From an uncultured Acidobacteriaceae bacterium (GTDB taxonomy: Bacteria > Acidobacteriota > Terriglobia > Terriglobales > Acidobacteriaceae), in contig CAWEYI010000028.1 of NCBI GenBank assembly GCA_963813205.1, positions 1,038 to 65,037 on the forward strand: a stretch of 64,000 nt of DNA, given 5' to 3'. Below the pieces are notes generated by a model. It was not told the DNA's origin and made no database searches. It worked only from the letters and a program-made list of their open reading frames with translations. The translations under genes were made by a program, and so were the position numbers. This document shows, piece after piece, positions 39,628 to 47,599 of the stretch (positions within the stretch are counted from its first letter, which is position 1; every line of letters begins with the position of its first letter).

Positions 39628-40415
39628 TTCACCGGCTTTCCGTAAGCGGCCGTCGCGTGGTCAGGCGCGGGCTGGGCTCGCATTGCAGGCGTGCCCGGCT
39701 CCGCGGCGGGCTGCGGGAAGCGCTCCCGGAAGGCATACAAACTTGCGAGACCAACCAAGCTCATCACCACAAAAAGTCCCATGCATACCGCCAGAAATCT
39801 CTGCCGCGCCTTCTCGCCCGAAGTGATCCCCCACTTCGCGCAAAATAGCCAGATGCCATACGCAAAGTGCCAGCACGCCGCAATCAGTCCAACCACATAA
39901 AAAGCCAGCAGCTCCGGGTGCATCAACTCGGCTTGAACTTTGCCGAAGGAAGCATTGGGGTACTCGTGCAGATCGATGCCGCTGAAACGCATCGTCCACG
40001 TATGCCACACGATATAGAAGAAGACGATCCCGCCCGTCCAGCGCTGTAGCGTGTACATCCAATTTCCGGCCCACGGATATTCCGCCGCGTTCCCATCGCC
40101 CCGGTACCAGATGTAAAACCCGTAAAGCGCATGGAACGCAATCGGAATCCATATCCCAAACAATTCCAGAAAAAATACCAGCGGAAGATTCGCCAGAAAG
40201 CTGACCTGACGCGCGTAAGCTTCAGGCCCGCTGATGGCAGTGGAGTTGGAAATCAGAATATGCTCGAATAAAAACGCGCCCACCGGAACAATCCCGGTAA
40301 GCGAATGCAGTCGCCGCAAAAGAAACGACGTACCCTGTCCTGCCCGCAACGGCGCCACACCCCGCCTCGCGCCTCGCTTCACTCCGGGAGCAGTCGAACT
40401 GGCTGCTGACGCCAC
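39624..40415 (-). CDS. sdhC: Succinate dehydrogenase cytochrome b subunit (b558-type, 5 TM)
   Basis: 4-nt overlap with the sdhA start. Five hydrophobic helices with conserved His residues. 263 aa, in the sdhCAB order of the B. subtilis type. Confidence 0.8.
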   Translation of the reverse strand: MASAASSTAPGVKRGARRGVAPLRAGQGTSFLLRRLHSLTGIVPVGAFLFEHILISNSTAISGPEAYARQVSFLANLPLVFFLELFGIWIPIAFHALYGFYIWYRGDGNAAEYPWAGNWMYTLQRWTGGIVFFYIVWHTWTMRFSGIDLHEYPNASFGKVQAELMHPELLAFYVVGLIAACWHFAYGIWLFCAKWGITSGEKARQRFLAVCMGLFVVMSLVGLASLYAFRERFPQPAAEPGTPAMRAQPAPDHATAAYGKPVK

Positions 40416-40580
40416 GAATCGCTCCTTATGATTTCTGGTTTACCGTTTGTGTGTCTGCTTGAGCGCTTGAAGATGACAAAATAACTTTTCATTATCCGGC
40501 TGAGAGAGAAGCGAAGTCAAGAACGGCAACGAAGTTAGAGAGCAGTCGATTACCACAATGACTCAAATGTTGAACCTATA

Positions 40581-40628
40581 GTTCGCAAGGACAAACCCTT
40601 CGTGAGACTTAGTGTCCCTCGTGGTTCA
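40581..40628. repeat. Family C repeat copy (partial)
   Basis: GTTCGCAAGGACAAACCCTTCGTGAGACTTAGTGTCCCTCGTGGTTCA, about 170 nt upstream of the sdhC start. Confidence 0.5.
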
Positions 40629-40675
40629 TTGATCTTTCTCCTTCAAAAGTGAGGCTGCGCGGCCGTCAAGTCCTT

Positions 40676-41311
40676 CTACTGCGAATCGTCGGACCACTCC
40701 AGCAATTCTCGGAACGCCGCGCCCCGATGGCTAAACTTGGATTTTTCTTCCGCCGTCAGTTCCGCAAATGTTTTCCCGATCCGCGGAAAATAAAACAATG
40801 GATCATACCCAAATCCATTCACACCCCGCGGCGCTTCAAGAATAATTCCCTCGGCCGTTCCTCGAAACGTCTTCAGCGTCTCACCATCACGCGCCGAAGC
40901 CAGTACGCAGACAAACCTTCCCGTTCGTTTTTCGCGCGGAACATTCTTCAACTCACGCAGAACCCGCGCGTTATTGGCCTCGTCATCGGTGTTCGCATCC
41001 GCCTCATGTGGTTCCTTATTTTGTAAATCTGGGGCAGCATACCGCGCAGAGTGCACGCCCGGAGCGCCATGCAGCGCATCCACCTCCAACCCCGAATCGT
41101 CTGCAACCACAATCTCTCCCGGAACGTAACGGCTGTAAGCCTCCGCCTTCTTCCGCGCATTCTCTTCGAACGTCAAACCATCCTCAACCACGCTGGGCAG
41201 GGAAGCGAAGTCAGGAATGCCAACAATCTCAACTCCATGGTGCAGCGCCGCGCCCGCAAAATCGCGCAGCTTCCCCGCATTCGAAGTCGCAACCAAAATG
41301 CGGGGCTTCAA
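40676..41311 (-). CDS. rdgB: RdgB/HAM1 non-canonical purine NTP pyrophosphatase
   Basis: ILVATSNAGKLRDF, GFGYDPLFYFP, SHRGAAF. Confidence 0.9.
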   Translation of the reverse strand: MKPRILVATSNAGKLRDFAGAALHHGVEIVGIPDFASLPSVVEDGLTFEENARKKAEAYSRYVPGEIVVADDSGLEVDALHGAPGVHSARYAAPDLQNKEPHEADANTDDEANNARVLRELKNVPREKRTGRFVCVLASARDGETLKTFRGTAEGIILEAPRGVNGFGYDPLFYFPRIGKTFAELTAEEKSKFSHRGAAFRELLEWSDDSQ

Positions 41312-42705
41312 GAATGCTCCCCTCTACGCGCCATCTTCCTCAGCGACATCAGCACAAAAACAACTGCCACCATAGAAATCCACGCTCCCAGCGTGCGATC
41401 CCAGGTCCGCACAAAGATAATCTGCACCCGGTTAGCCCCCGCTTCCACCGGAACCAGCATCTGTCCCGTTCCCTCACGAGTTCTTGCTTCCACGATTTTC
41501 CCATTCACTTCCACACGCCACGCCGGATAATTAAACAGATGTAAAACAAGATTGTCCGCTCCCGACATATCCGCACTGAAGACTTTTCCTTCCGCGCTCC
41601 ACTCGAAAATTCGAATTGCCGCGTGAGCCGGCCCATCCACGGTCACGCGGCGGGCGTCCTTGTTCACAGCAGAAGGATCGGCTCCCAGCGGCGTGTATTC
41701 GTCCGTGCCTTCATATCCCACTCCTGTAGTTACGTTATCCTGCATCTCCCGCAGGTCGGCGCGCGTATCCCACCACGGAGCCTGAAAGTGGTGCCACGCA
41801 AAAATGATCACGCACAGCGTCGCCACATAGAAAGCCACGCGCGTCGGCCATCTGCGCACTCCCAGCACAAGGAACAGCGTAAAAGGAACACCCAGACACA
41901 GCGTCCAGCGCCACGGAAACTGCATAAAGCGCATCTTCGGAAGGATATTCCAAAACAAATTCGTGATCGGGAGCATGAGCACCATACAAGCCGCGCCCCA
42001 GATCGCCAGCGCATCCCAGAGTTCGCGGCTAAGTTCGCGATCGCGCCCGCGCCACCCTCGCGCCGCCCACGCCGCTGCCATCGTCAAAACAATCTCTGCG
42101 ACCACCACCCACGAGATTACGCGATTGAAGGCATCATGTTCCGCGTCCGTCGTATGGACGAACAAAAAATTATCCAGCGGACGCGACCCTGCTGAAACCG
42201 CCTGCGCAATATTCGCCCAGCTCTGTTCATAAACCGCGGGAAACAAATAAAACGCGGCCAGCACCGCACCCAAAATAACCGCCATCCCACTCGTCAGCAG
42301 AATGCGTGCCGATCTCCTCTGCCACGCGATCACTAAAACCAGCAAAGCCATCGAATAATGAATCATCACCGCCGCCGGAGCATTCACCAGCCACGAAGCC
42401 GCCAGAACCAACGCCAGCAAAATCGTCCCGCGCGCGCGTCGTTCCTCCGCGTGCAACAACACCAACACCAGCAGTGGCAGCAGGCACGCCGCCAGCAGTT
42501 CGGCGAACGCACTCCGCCAATACACAATCACCAGATGGTAAGGATTCACCGCATACAGCACGGCTGCGAAAGTTGCGTCGCGCCGGCCCAGCCATCGCCG
42601 CGCTAACAAAAACATCGCCGCGCCCGCCGCCACCAGCACCAGCCAAATGTAGATGTCCGAAACTACGACCCAGGGAAAAATCCTGCTCAGTCCCGCTCCC
42701 AACAC
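41308..42705 (-). CDS. Large polytopic membrane protein (PTPS-related/COG5617-like). The annotated GTG start is probably not the native N-terminus
   Basis: More than 10 hydrophobic helices. The frame stays open upstream to 43011 and encodes protein-like sequence (GHDVEFHLYSWLEVLSQW..., YGEPRFIFYPPASW) with no start codon until an ATG at 43035, which is separated by an in-frame TAA (43012-43014). Confidence 0.65.
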   Translation of the reverse strand: MLGAGLSRIFPWVVVSDIYIWLVLVAAGAAMFLLARRWLGRRDATFAAVLYAVNPYHLVIVYWRSAFAELLAACLLPLLVLVLLHAEERRARGTILLALVLAASWLVNAPAAVMIHYSMALLVLVIAWQRRSARILLTSGMAVILGAVLAAFYLFPAVYEQSWANIAQAVSAGSRPLDNFLFVHTTDAEHDAFNRVISWVVVAEIVLTMAAAWAARGWRGRDRELSRELWDALAIWGAACMVLMLPITNLFWNILPKMRFMQFPWRWTLCLGVPFTLFLVLGVRRWPTRVAFYVATLCVIIFAWHHFQAPWWDTRADLREMQDNVTTGVGYEGTDEYTPLGADPSAVNKDARRVTVDGPAHAAIRIFEWSAEGKVFSADMSGADNLVLHLFNYPAWRVEVNGKIVEARTREGTGQMLVPVEAGANRVQIIFVRTWDRTLGAWISMVAVVFVLMSLRKMARRGEHS

Positions 42706-43483
42706 CCACGACGCGGGCGGATAAAAAATGAATCGCGGCTCTCCATATCCGAAGTGCGCCAGCGCCGCCCAGCGCGGATATCCGATCCCATGTTTCCATT
42801 GGGAGAGAACTTCCAGCCACGAGTAAAGATGGAACTCAACATCGTGTCCCGAAGGTGTTCCGAAGAAAAAAAAGGGAATCTCAACCGCGAATGCCGCAGC
42901 TGCGATATAAAAAATCGGATTCCAGGCGAGTTTGCTGCAGCTGGCGAACTCCGCCGCGGGGGCCTTCGAACTTTCAGCCTGTCCGGATTTTCTGCTCGTC
43001 GCCAGCTTCGCTTACCAGCCTCCGTGCGCAAGCATATCCTAAGTGGCCGTCCGGGTTCGTACATCGCATGGAACCGCGCGCGCACGATTCCATGCGGTCT
43101 GCCACCTGAAACCCCATTTCGATTTCATACAGATTTAACATTCCTGAAACCATCGCACAACAATCATCCGCTACCTTTACTTGCATTAGGGGTGGAACAG
43201 ACCACGGAGACAGAAGAGCCCGAGTCATAGACGGGGCTCGGACTCTTCTCTTCTCCGTTGCAAACCCGCAGGCCCGCCGCACATCCCCGCTACCGCTGCC
43301 CAGTTTTTCCCGCCACGCGCTAATCTCGAATTCTCCCGCCGCCTGCCACGAGATTAGCGCCGTGTTGGTACCGAATGTCCGCGAATAATTCGGGCATCTG
43401 CTCGGCAACCGGCATGAAATGTTCGACGAGCCAAGCGGAAGCGATTCAGTTGAAATGAGAGGAAAGAAGAATTAGGGGGGAAA

Positions 43484-44635
43484 CTAAGTAGTGACGGCTT
43501 CGCCCGATCTCTGCCGTCGAAGCTCCTCAAGAAAATCATCCTCTTGCATGCTGCTAGCCTGGCGCAGCAATTCGAGCAAGGGATCCTGCAACTCTTCGTT
43601 CTCCGAAATTGCGCTTGCGGCATCCGGAGCCGGCTCGAACTGGCTCACGTCTGCGACCAAAGCCCGCGGCGAAACGCTCATTTCCAGCATGGATTGCGGG
43701 CACCCGCGGAGAAAGCCGATCAGATTGCCCACTTGGGCGCGTTGCTCGGGCGTGCGCGAAGGAAATTCCACTCCCATCCCGTAGCCGGGATGAGCGACTC
43801 GCACCATTCCTTCCGTGTGCACCGCCATTTCGCCCGCACGCAGACAAAGATCGACCAGCGCGCGTTCCGGGAACGGAGAATCGGTTTCCACGTAGCATCC
43901 GCCCAGGCTTAAATCAGTAAGCTTGCAGTGCGGAACAGTCTCATCCTCACCCGCCCGCAAGGCCGACGCAGCCGAGTGTAGCCACTCCTGAAGTTGCGTC
44001 TTGAGGGCTTCGTCCAGATCCAGAAAGTGCACGCCGGTTTGCCCGTTCGGCTTTGCCCACGCCACTTGCCCATGAGCGTCGATTTCCAGCGATGCATCGG
44101 GCAGCGCGAAGCGGAATTTCAGCAACGCCGCCGGAACCTGGGGTTCGGCGGTCAGAACATCCATACCGGTCTCGCTGAGATCGAGAAGAATTCCCTCCAT
44201 GGTGCGCTTATCCGGCAAGGTCAGCTCCACCGGAGCCTGCACCGGAACCCTGTAGGCGCGCCGGCGTTCGCGATTCAGCAGGGCACTCACCGCCCGCAAT
44301 CCCGCCTTCGCCTTTTCCTCCGACAGCGGCTTATACAGAACAAAGTGCGCTCCGCTGCTCAACACTTCACGCACCTTGGCCCGTTCCGCCACCAGGGCCA
44401 CCGTCACCGGAGCAACTCCCGAATTCAACTTCTGTGCTTCTTCGAACACTTCGGCCGCCGCTTTGGCATCCTCAAAATCGATAATCAGAGCGTCGAATCT
44501 CTGCTGCCGAAGACGATCCACTGCCGTCGCCAGGTCGCTGAAGCGCTCCATCGCGATTCCAGACGCCGGCAGCACTCGGCCCAGGACCTCGCAAGCGGAA
44601 TCATCAGTGGAAATCAGTAGTGCCAGAAGAGTCAT
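43484..44635 (-). CDS. Receiver-like domain protein with two PilZ domains (putative c-di-GMP effector)
   Basis: N-terminal CheY-like fold (DALIIDFED). PilZ motifs RERRRAYRV...LLDLSETGM, and a second ...KLTDLSLGGCYVET. Confidence 0.75.
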   Translation of the reverse strand: MTLLALLISTDDSACEVLGRVLPASGIAMERFSDLATAVDRLRQQRFDALIIDFEDAKAAAEVFEEAQKLNSGVAPVTVALVAERAKVREVLSSGAHFVLYKPLSEEKAKAGLRAVSALLNRERRRAYRVPVQAPVELTLPDKRTMEGILLDLSETGMDVLTAEPQVPAALLKFRFALPDASLEIDAHGQVAWAKPNGQTGVHFLDLDEALKTQLQEWLHSAASALRAGEDETVPHCKLTDLSLGGCYVETDSPFPERALVDLCLRAGEMAVHTEGMVRVAHPGYGMGVEFPSRTPEQRAQVGNLIGFLRGCPQSMLEMSVSPRALVADVSQFEPAPDAASAISENEELQDPLLELLRQASSMQEDDFLEELRRQRSGEAVTT

Positions 44636-44679
44636 AAAGTGGAATCCCCGCCTCAGTCAGGCGAGATTACGGCCCCGAA

Positions 44680-44943
44680 TTAGGGCCAACGAGGCGCCGT
44701 CGGACGCGCTGCCTTGGACGCCGCTCCTCCTGATCCTGCCGCAGCCGCTTTCGCCGCCGAAGCATCGGAGCCCGGCGCTTCGTCCACTTCCATCAACACC
44801 GCGTTATCTTCATCGTCGTTCTCTGCGAGCAAGGGAGCCACCTCTCGGAGTTTCTCCGCCGCCTGCTGGAGCATTTCAATCTGCTTGCCCAGTTGCGCGT
44901 ACCTGGTCTGCTTCTGCCGCAACACCTCATGAATATCTTTCAT
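44680..44943 (-). CDS. Small coiled-coil hypothetical protein
   Basis: 87-aa ORF: MKDIHEVLRQKQTRYAQLGKQIEMLQQAAEKLREV, then an acidic, Ala-rich tail. Confidence 0.5.
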   Translation of the reverse strand: MKDIHEVLRQKQTRYAQLGKQIEMLQQAAEKLREVAPLLAENDDEDNAVLMEVDEAPGSDASAAKAAAAGSGGAASKAARPTAPRWP

Positions 44944-45096
44944 ACGACCCCCTGTGGCGAATGTAAAGACGCTCCCTCGCCACCGTCAACGGTAATCCCC
45001 CTATGCGGGTTACTGGGGTAATTGAAGTTATTTCGGAATGCGTATGCGGGAGGGAGTAGCGGCTGATAAGCGAGGATGCGCCTGCAGGAGGGCACA

Positions 45097-45140
45097 CCAA
45101 AAACAAAAGCGAAAGCCCCGCGGAACGCGAGGCTTTCGTG
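45097..45140 (-). terminator. Rho-independent terminator (minus strand) after the PEP-CTERM gene
   Basis: Minus strand: CGAAAGCC-TCGCGTTCCGCGG-GGCTTTCG followed by CTTTTGTTTTT, about 20 nt after the stop at 45159. Confidence 0.65.
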
Positions 45141-45158
45141 AGGCGGATTTGAAATGTA

Positions 45159-45776
45159 TTACGCTTTCAGCTTACGCCGCAACGCACCGGCCAAACCAAT
45201 CAATCCGGTTCCCAGCAATCCGAGTGTGCCCGGCTCTGGAACCGTACTGATGTTGGTATCGCCGCTGGAGATCATCGTGCTTCCGCTGAAGTAGCCCTTG
45301 CCCGTATTGATCGTCAGCTGAACGGTTGCGCCGTTCACGGTCCCGCCGTTATACCAGGTGCCTTTGATGCTACCCGTAAGGGTGTAATTGTGAGTTCCAT
45401 TGGCCAGCGTTACCAGCGTCCAGGTCACGGGGCCGTTGAATGACCCGTCAAAGATCGTGCCCGTTGGAACGCCGTCCGTTCCGTTGCCAGTAATGTCGAA
45501 AGCGCCGCCGCCAGCGAAGCTCCCGCCCATCTGCAGAGCAGTAGTTCCGCCACTCATCAGTGCGCCGGTGGAAAAGCTTACGCCTCCCAGCCCGCCAGTG
45601 ACCAGGCCCAGACTGCCGAGGCCGTTTACGGCAATCAGCTCAGAGCCGCTAAGGGTCAGCCCCGCCGTACTGCCTGAAAGGACACCGCTGCTGTTGGTGA
45701 AGTCAACCGATGAACTGGCGAACATCGCCATCGGCAGTGCCATTGCCAGTAGAGCCATCAAAACAATCCGCTTCAT
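45159..45776 (-). CDS. PEP-CTERM sorting-domain protein
   Basis: AGGAGGA RBS before ATG 45776. Signal peptide MKRIVLMALLAMALPMAMFA. C-terminal VPEPGTLGLLGTGLIGLAGALRRKLKA. Confidence 0.85.
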   Translation of the reverse strand: MKRIVLMALLAMALPMAMFASSSVDFTNSSGVLSGSTAGLTLSGSELIAVNGLGSLGLVTGGLGGVSFSTGALMSGGTTALQMGGSFAGGGAFDITGNGTDGVPTGTIFDGSFNGPVTWTLVTLANGTHNYTLTGSIKGTWYNGGTVNGATVQLTINTGKGYFSGSTMISSGDTNISTVPEPGTLGLLGTGLIGLAGALRRKLKA

Positions 45777-46215
45777 AAACGTCTTTCCTCCTGAACCTGT
45801 GTAAACCCGAGTAGTGGTCATTGTGGAGGTCGAAACCCCTCCAGGGGGCAGGAGTCCACTGCACCCAGCCAACAATATGCACCCCTTATGCCAAACCCTG
45901 TGGATTAACAAGTCACTGATTACAAGCATGTTGTTCAAGTATCTCGACCGCTTCTCCACCGGGATACTGCAAACCGATGCACACTATTACTTTCGTTTTG
46001 CGTTTTGCCTTTTCGACGAAACTGCCAGACAACTTCATCAGATTCATCAAAATGACGACAATAGCGACTCGCAAAAAGTCGCCAAACGCTGATCCTACCG
46101 AGTAGCACAGAAGTCTATTTCCCCGTCGCCGGGGTTAGCAAGTAATCCATTTGGTACCAGGACAGTTTTCAGGCAGGCGACGACGAATCCAACCGCACGA
46201 TACCCATCCTGACCT

Positions 46216-46980
46216 TCACCGGGAGCTTCCGGGCTCCAGTCCAAGGCCGGACCCGTAATACTCCGCGAGCGCGTGTCTTTCCTCGTCGGTAAGCAGAGAA
46301 GAGATTGTTCGCATCTGCACGTTGATGTCATTGGCGCGACCTCCATCGGCAAATGCCTCGAGCTGGGTCAGAACATAGTCCCTGTTCTGGTTGACCAGAG
46401 AGGGAACTCCGATCTTGTAAGCTACCGGCCCATGACACGATTGGCAGGGCGGAATGCCCCGTTCGCCATCTCCAAACGAAACCAGATGAGACGCCACGCC
46501 TGCGCGAGTGGGGTCAGGCCGCGGCTGCGGAAAATTTCGATTGTCCTGCAAATCTTCGAACACGGGCAACGTCGCATAATAGGCGACTACGTCCGCCACG
46601 TCCCGCGACGTCAGCGATCCCGCAATCCCTTCCATCACTCGCGATTTTCGCTTGTGACTGCGAAAATCCTGCAATTCCTTCCACACCGCCAGCCGATTCA
46701 TACCCGCAAGATTCGGAGTCATACCCACAGCGCTGAAGCCCTCCGCTCCGTGGCAGTGTTCGCAGTGCCGAGCCAGCAGCATTCCACGAAAAGCGTCGCC
46801 CGCGGAAGCCGCCGCAAGGGTTTCCGGCGTCCACGCCACATAAGAAGGAATTTGTTCCGGCGGATTGTCACTCGCCGCCACCAGCAGCGAACCCGCCGCA
46901 ACCACTGCGGCCGCAATCCAGATCACTCTCCAGCTCCGAATTCTCCAGCTCCGAGAGTCCTTGCCCTTATTGCGCCGCAC
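46216..46980 (-). CDS. Di-heme c-type cytochrome
   Basis: Two heme motifs, CEHCH and CQSCH. N-terminal TM/signal WRVIWIAAAVVAAGSLLVAA. Confidence 0.85.
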   Translation of the reverse strand: MRRNKGKDSRSWRIRSWRVIWIAAAVVAAGSLLVAASDNPPEQIPSYVAWTPETLAAASAGDAFRGMLLARHCEHCHGAEGFSAVGMTPNLAGMNRLAVWKELQDFRSHKRKSRVMEGIAGSLTSRDVADVVAYYATLPVFEDLQDNRNFPQPRPDPTRAGVASHLVSFGDGERGIPPCQSCHGPVAYKIGVPSLVNQNRDYVLTQLEAFADGGRANDINVQMRTISSLLTDEERHALAEYYGSGLGLEPGSSR

Positions 46981-47491
46981 AGGTCCCTCTTTCTCCTGCC
47001 TGCAAAGCCGGGAACTGATCGCGTGGCACCACTTTTAATTTGGATCGCATGGCGTAATGTCCGGCCCCGCAGAATTCAGTACAAGCAGTCTTGAACTCGC
47101 CGGCGCTGGGAAACTGCAGTTGCGCCTCGCTGATCGTGCCCGGCAGAACCTTCACGTTATATTTCGTGCCTTCGAAATTCAGCGAGTGAACCGCGTCAGC
47201 ACTCGTGATACGCAGATGAATTGGAACTCCGGCGGGAATCAGAATGCAGTGGGGAACAAACAAATATTGCTGCGCGATCATGCGCACCGTCACCGAGCCG
47301 TCGCTCCCTTGCTCACTTCCCAGATTACTCTCCACGAACTCCCCCGCCAGTTGCAGCGAAAGAGGATCCACCGCCAGCGGCCCTTTCAAAAACCGTATCA
47401 GCGGCACGTCGATCTGGTAGTAGCGCGTGGCGGGGATCAGGCACAGAAAAAAAACAGTAAGCAGAAACGTTCTCAGCTTTCGCCAATTCAC
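46967..47491 (-). CDS. CuA-type cupredoxin protein (cytochrome oxidase subunit II-like), start uncertain
   Basis: CuA ligand pattern AVHSL...CTEFCGAGHYAM. One TM helix. The ORF-track GTG at 47527 lies inside a REP hairpin; in-frame GTGs at 47512 and 47491 are alternatives. Confidence 0.75.
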   Translation of the reverse strand: MNWRKLRTFLLTVFFLCLIPATRYYQIDVPLIRFLKGPLAVDPLSLQLAGEFVESNLGSEQGSDGSVTVRMIAQQYLFVPHCILIPAGVPIHLRITSADAVHSLNFEGTKYNVKVLPGTISEAQLQFPSAGEFKTACTEFCGAGHYAMRSKLKVVPRDQFPALQAGERGTCAAQ

Positions 47492-47516
47492 AATTCGTTC
47501 GATCCTCGGCACCGCC

Positions 47517-47554
47517 GGGTGCCCCACCCTTGCGCGTTCTTGCGCAGGGTGGGG
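47517..47554. repeat. REP-like hairpin (intergenic, between ileS and the CuA gene)
   Basis: GGGTGCCCCACCCTTGCGC-GTTCTT-GCGCAGGGTGGGG. Confidence 0.7.
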
Positions 47555-47599
47555 ATTTTGACGTCCGCTCCAGCCCCCACACTGCGAGGTTTCAAACCT

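Noticed and set aside
42974-43408. 144-aa minus-strand ORF in the gap between the REC-PilZ gene and the membrane-protein gene
   Set aside because: No RBS, Cys/Arg/Trp-rich odd composition, and no motif. The region is treated as non-coding.
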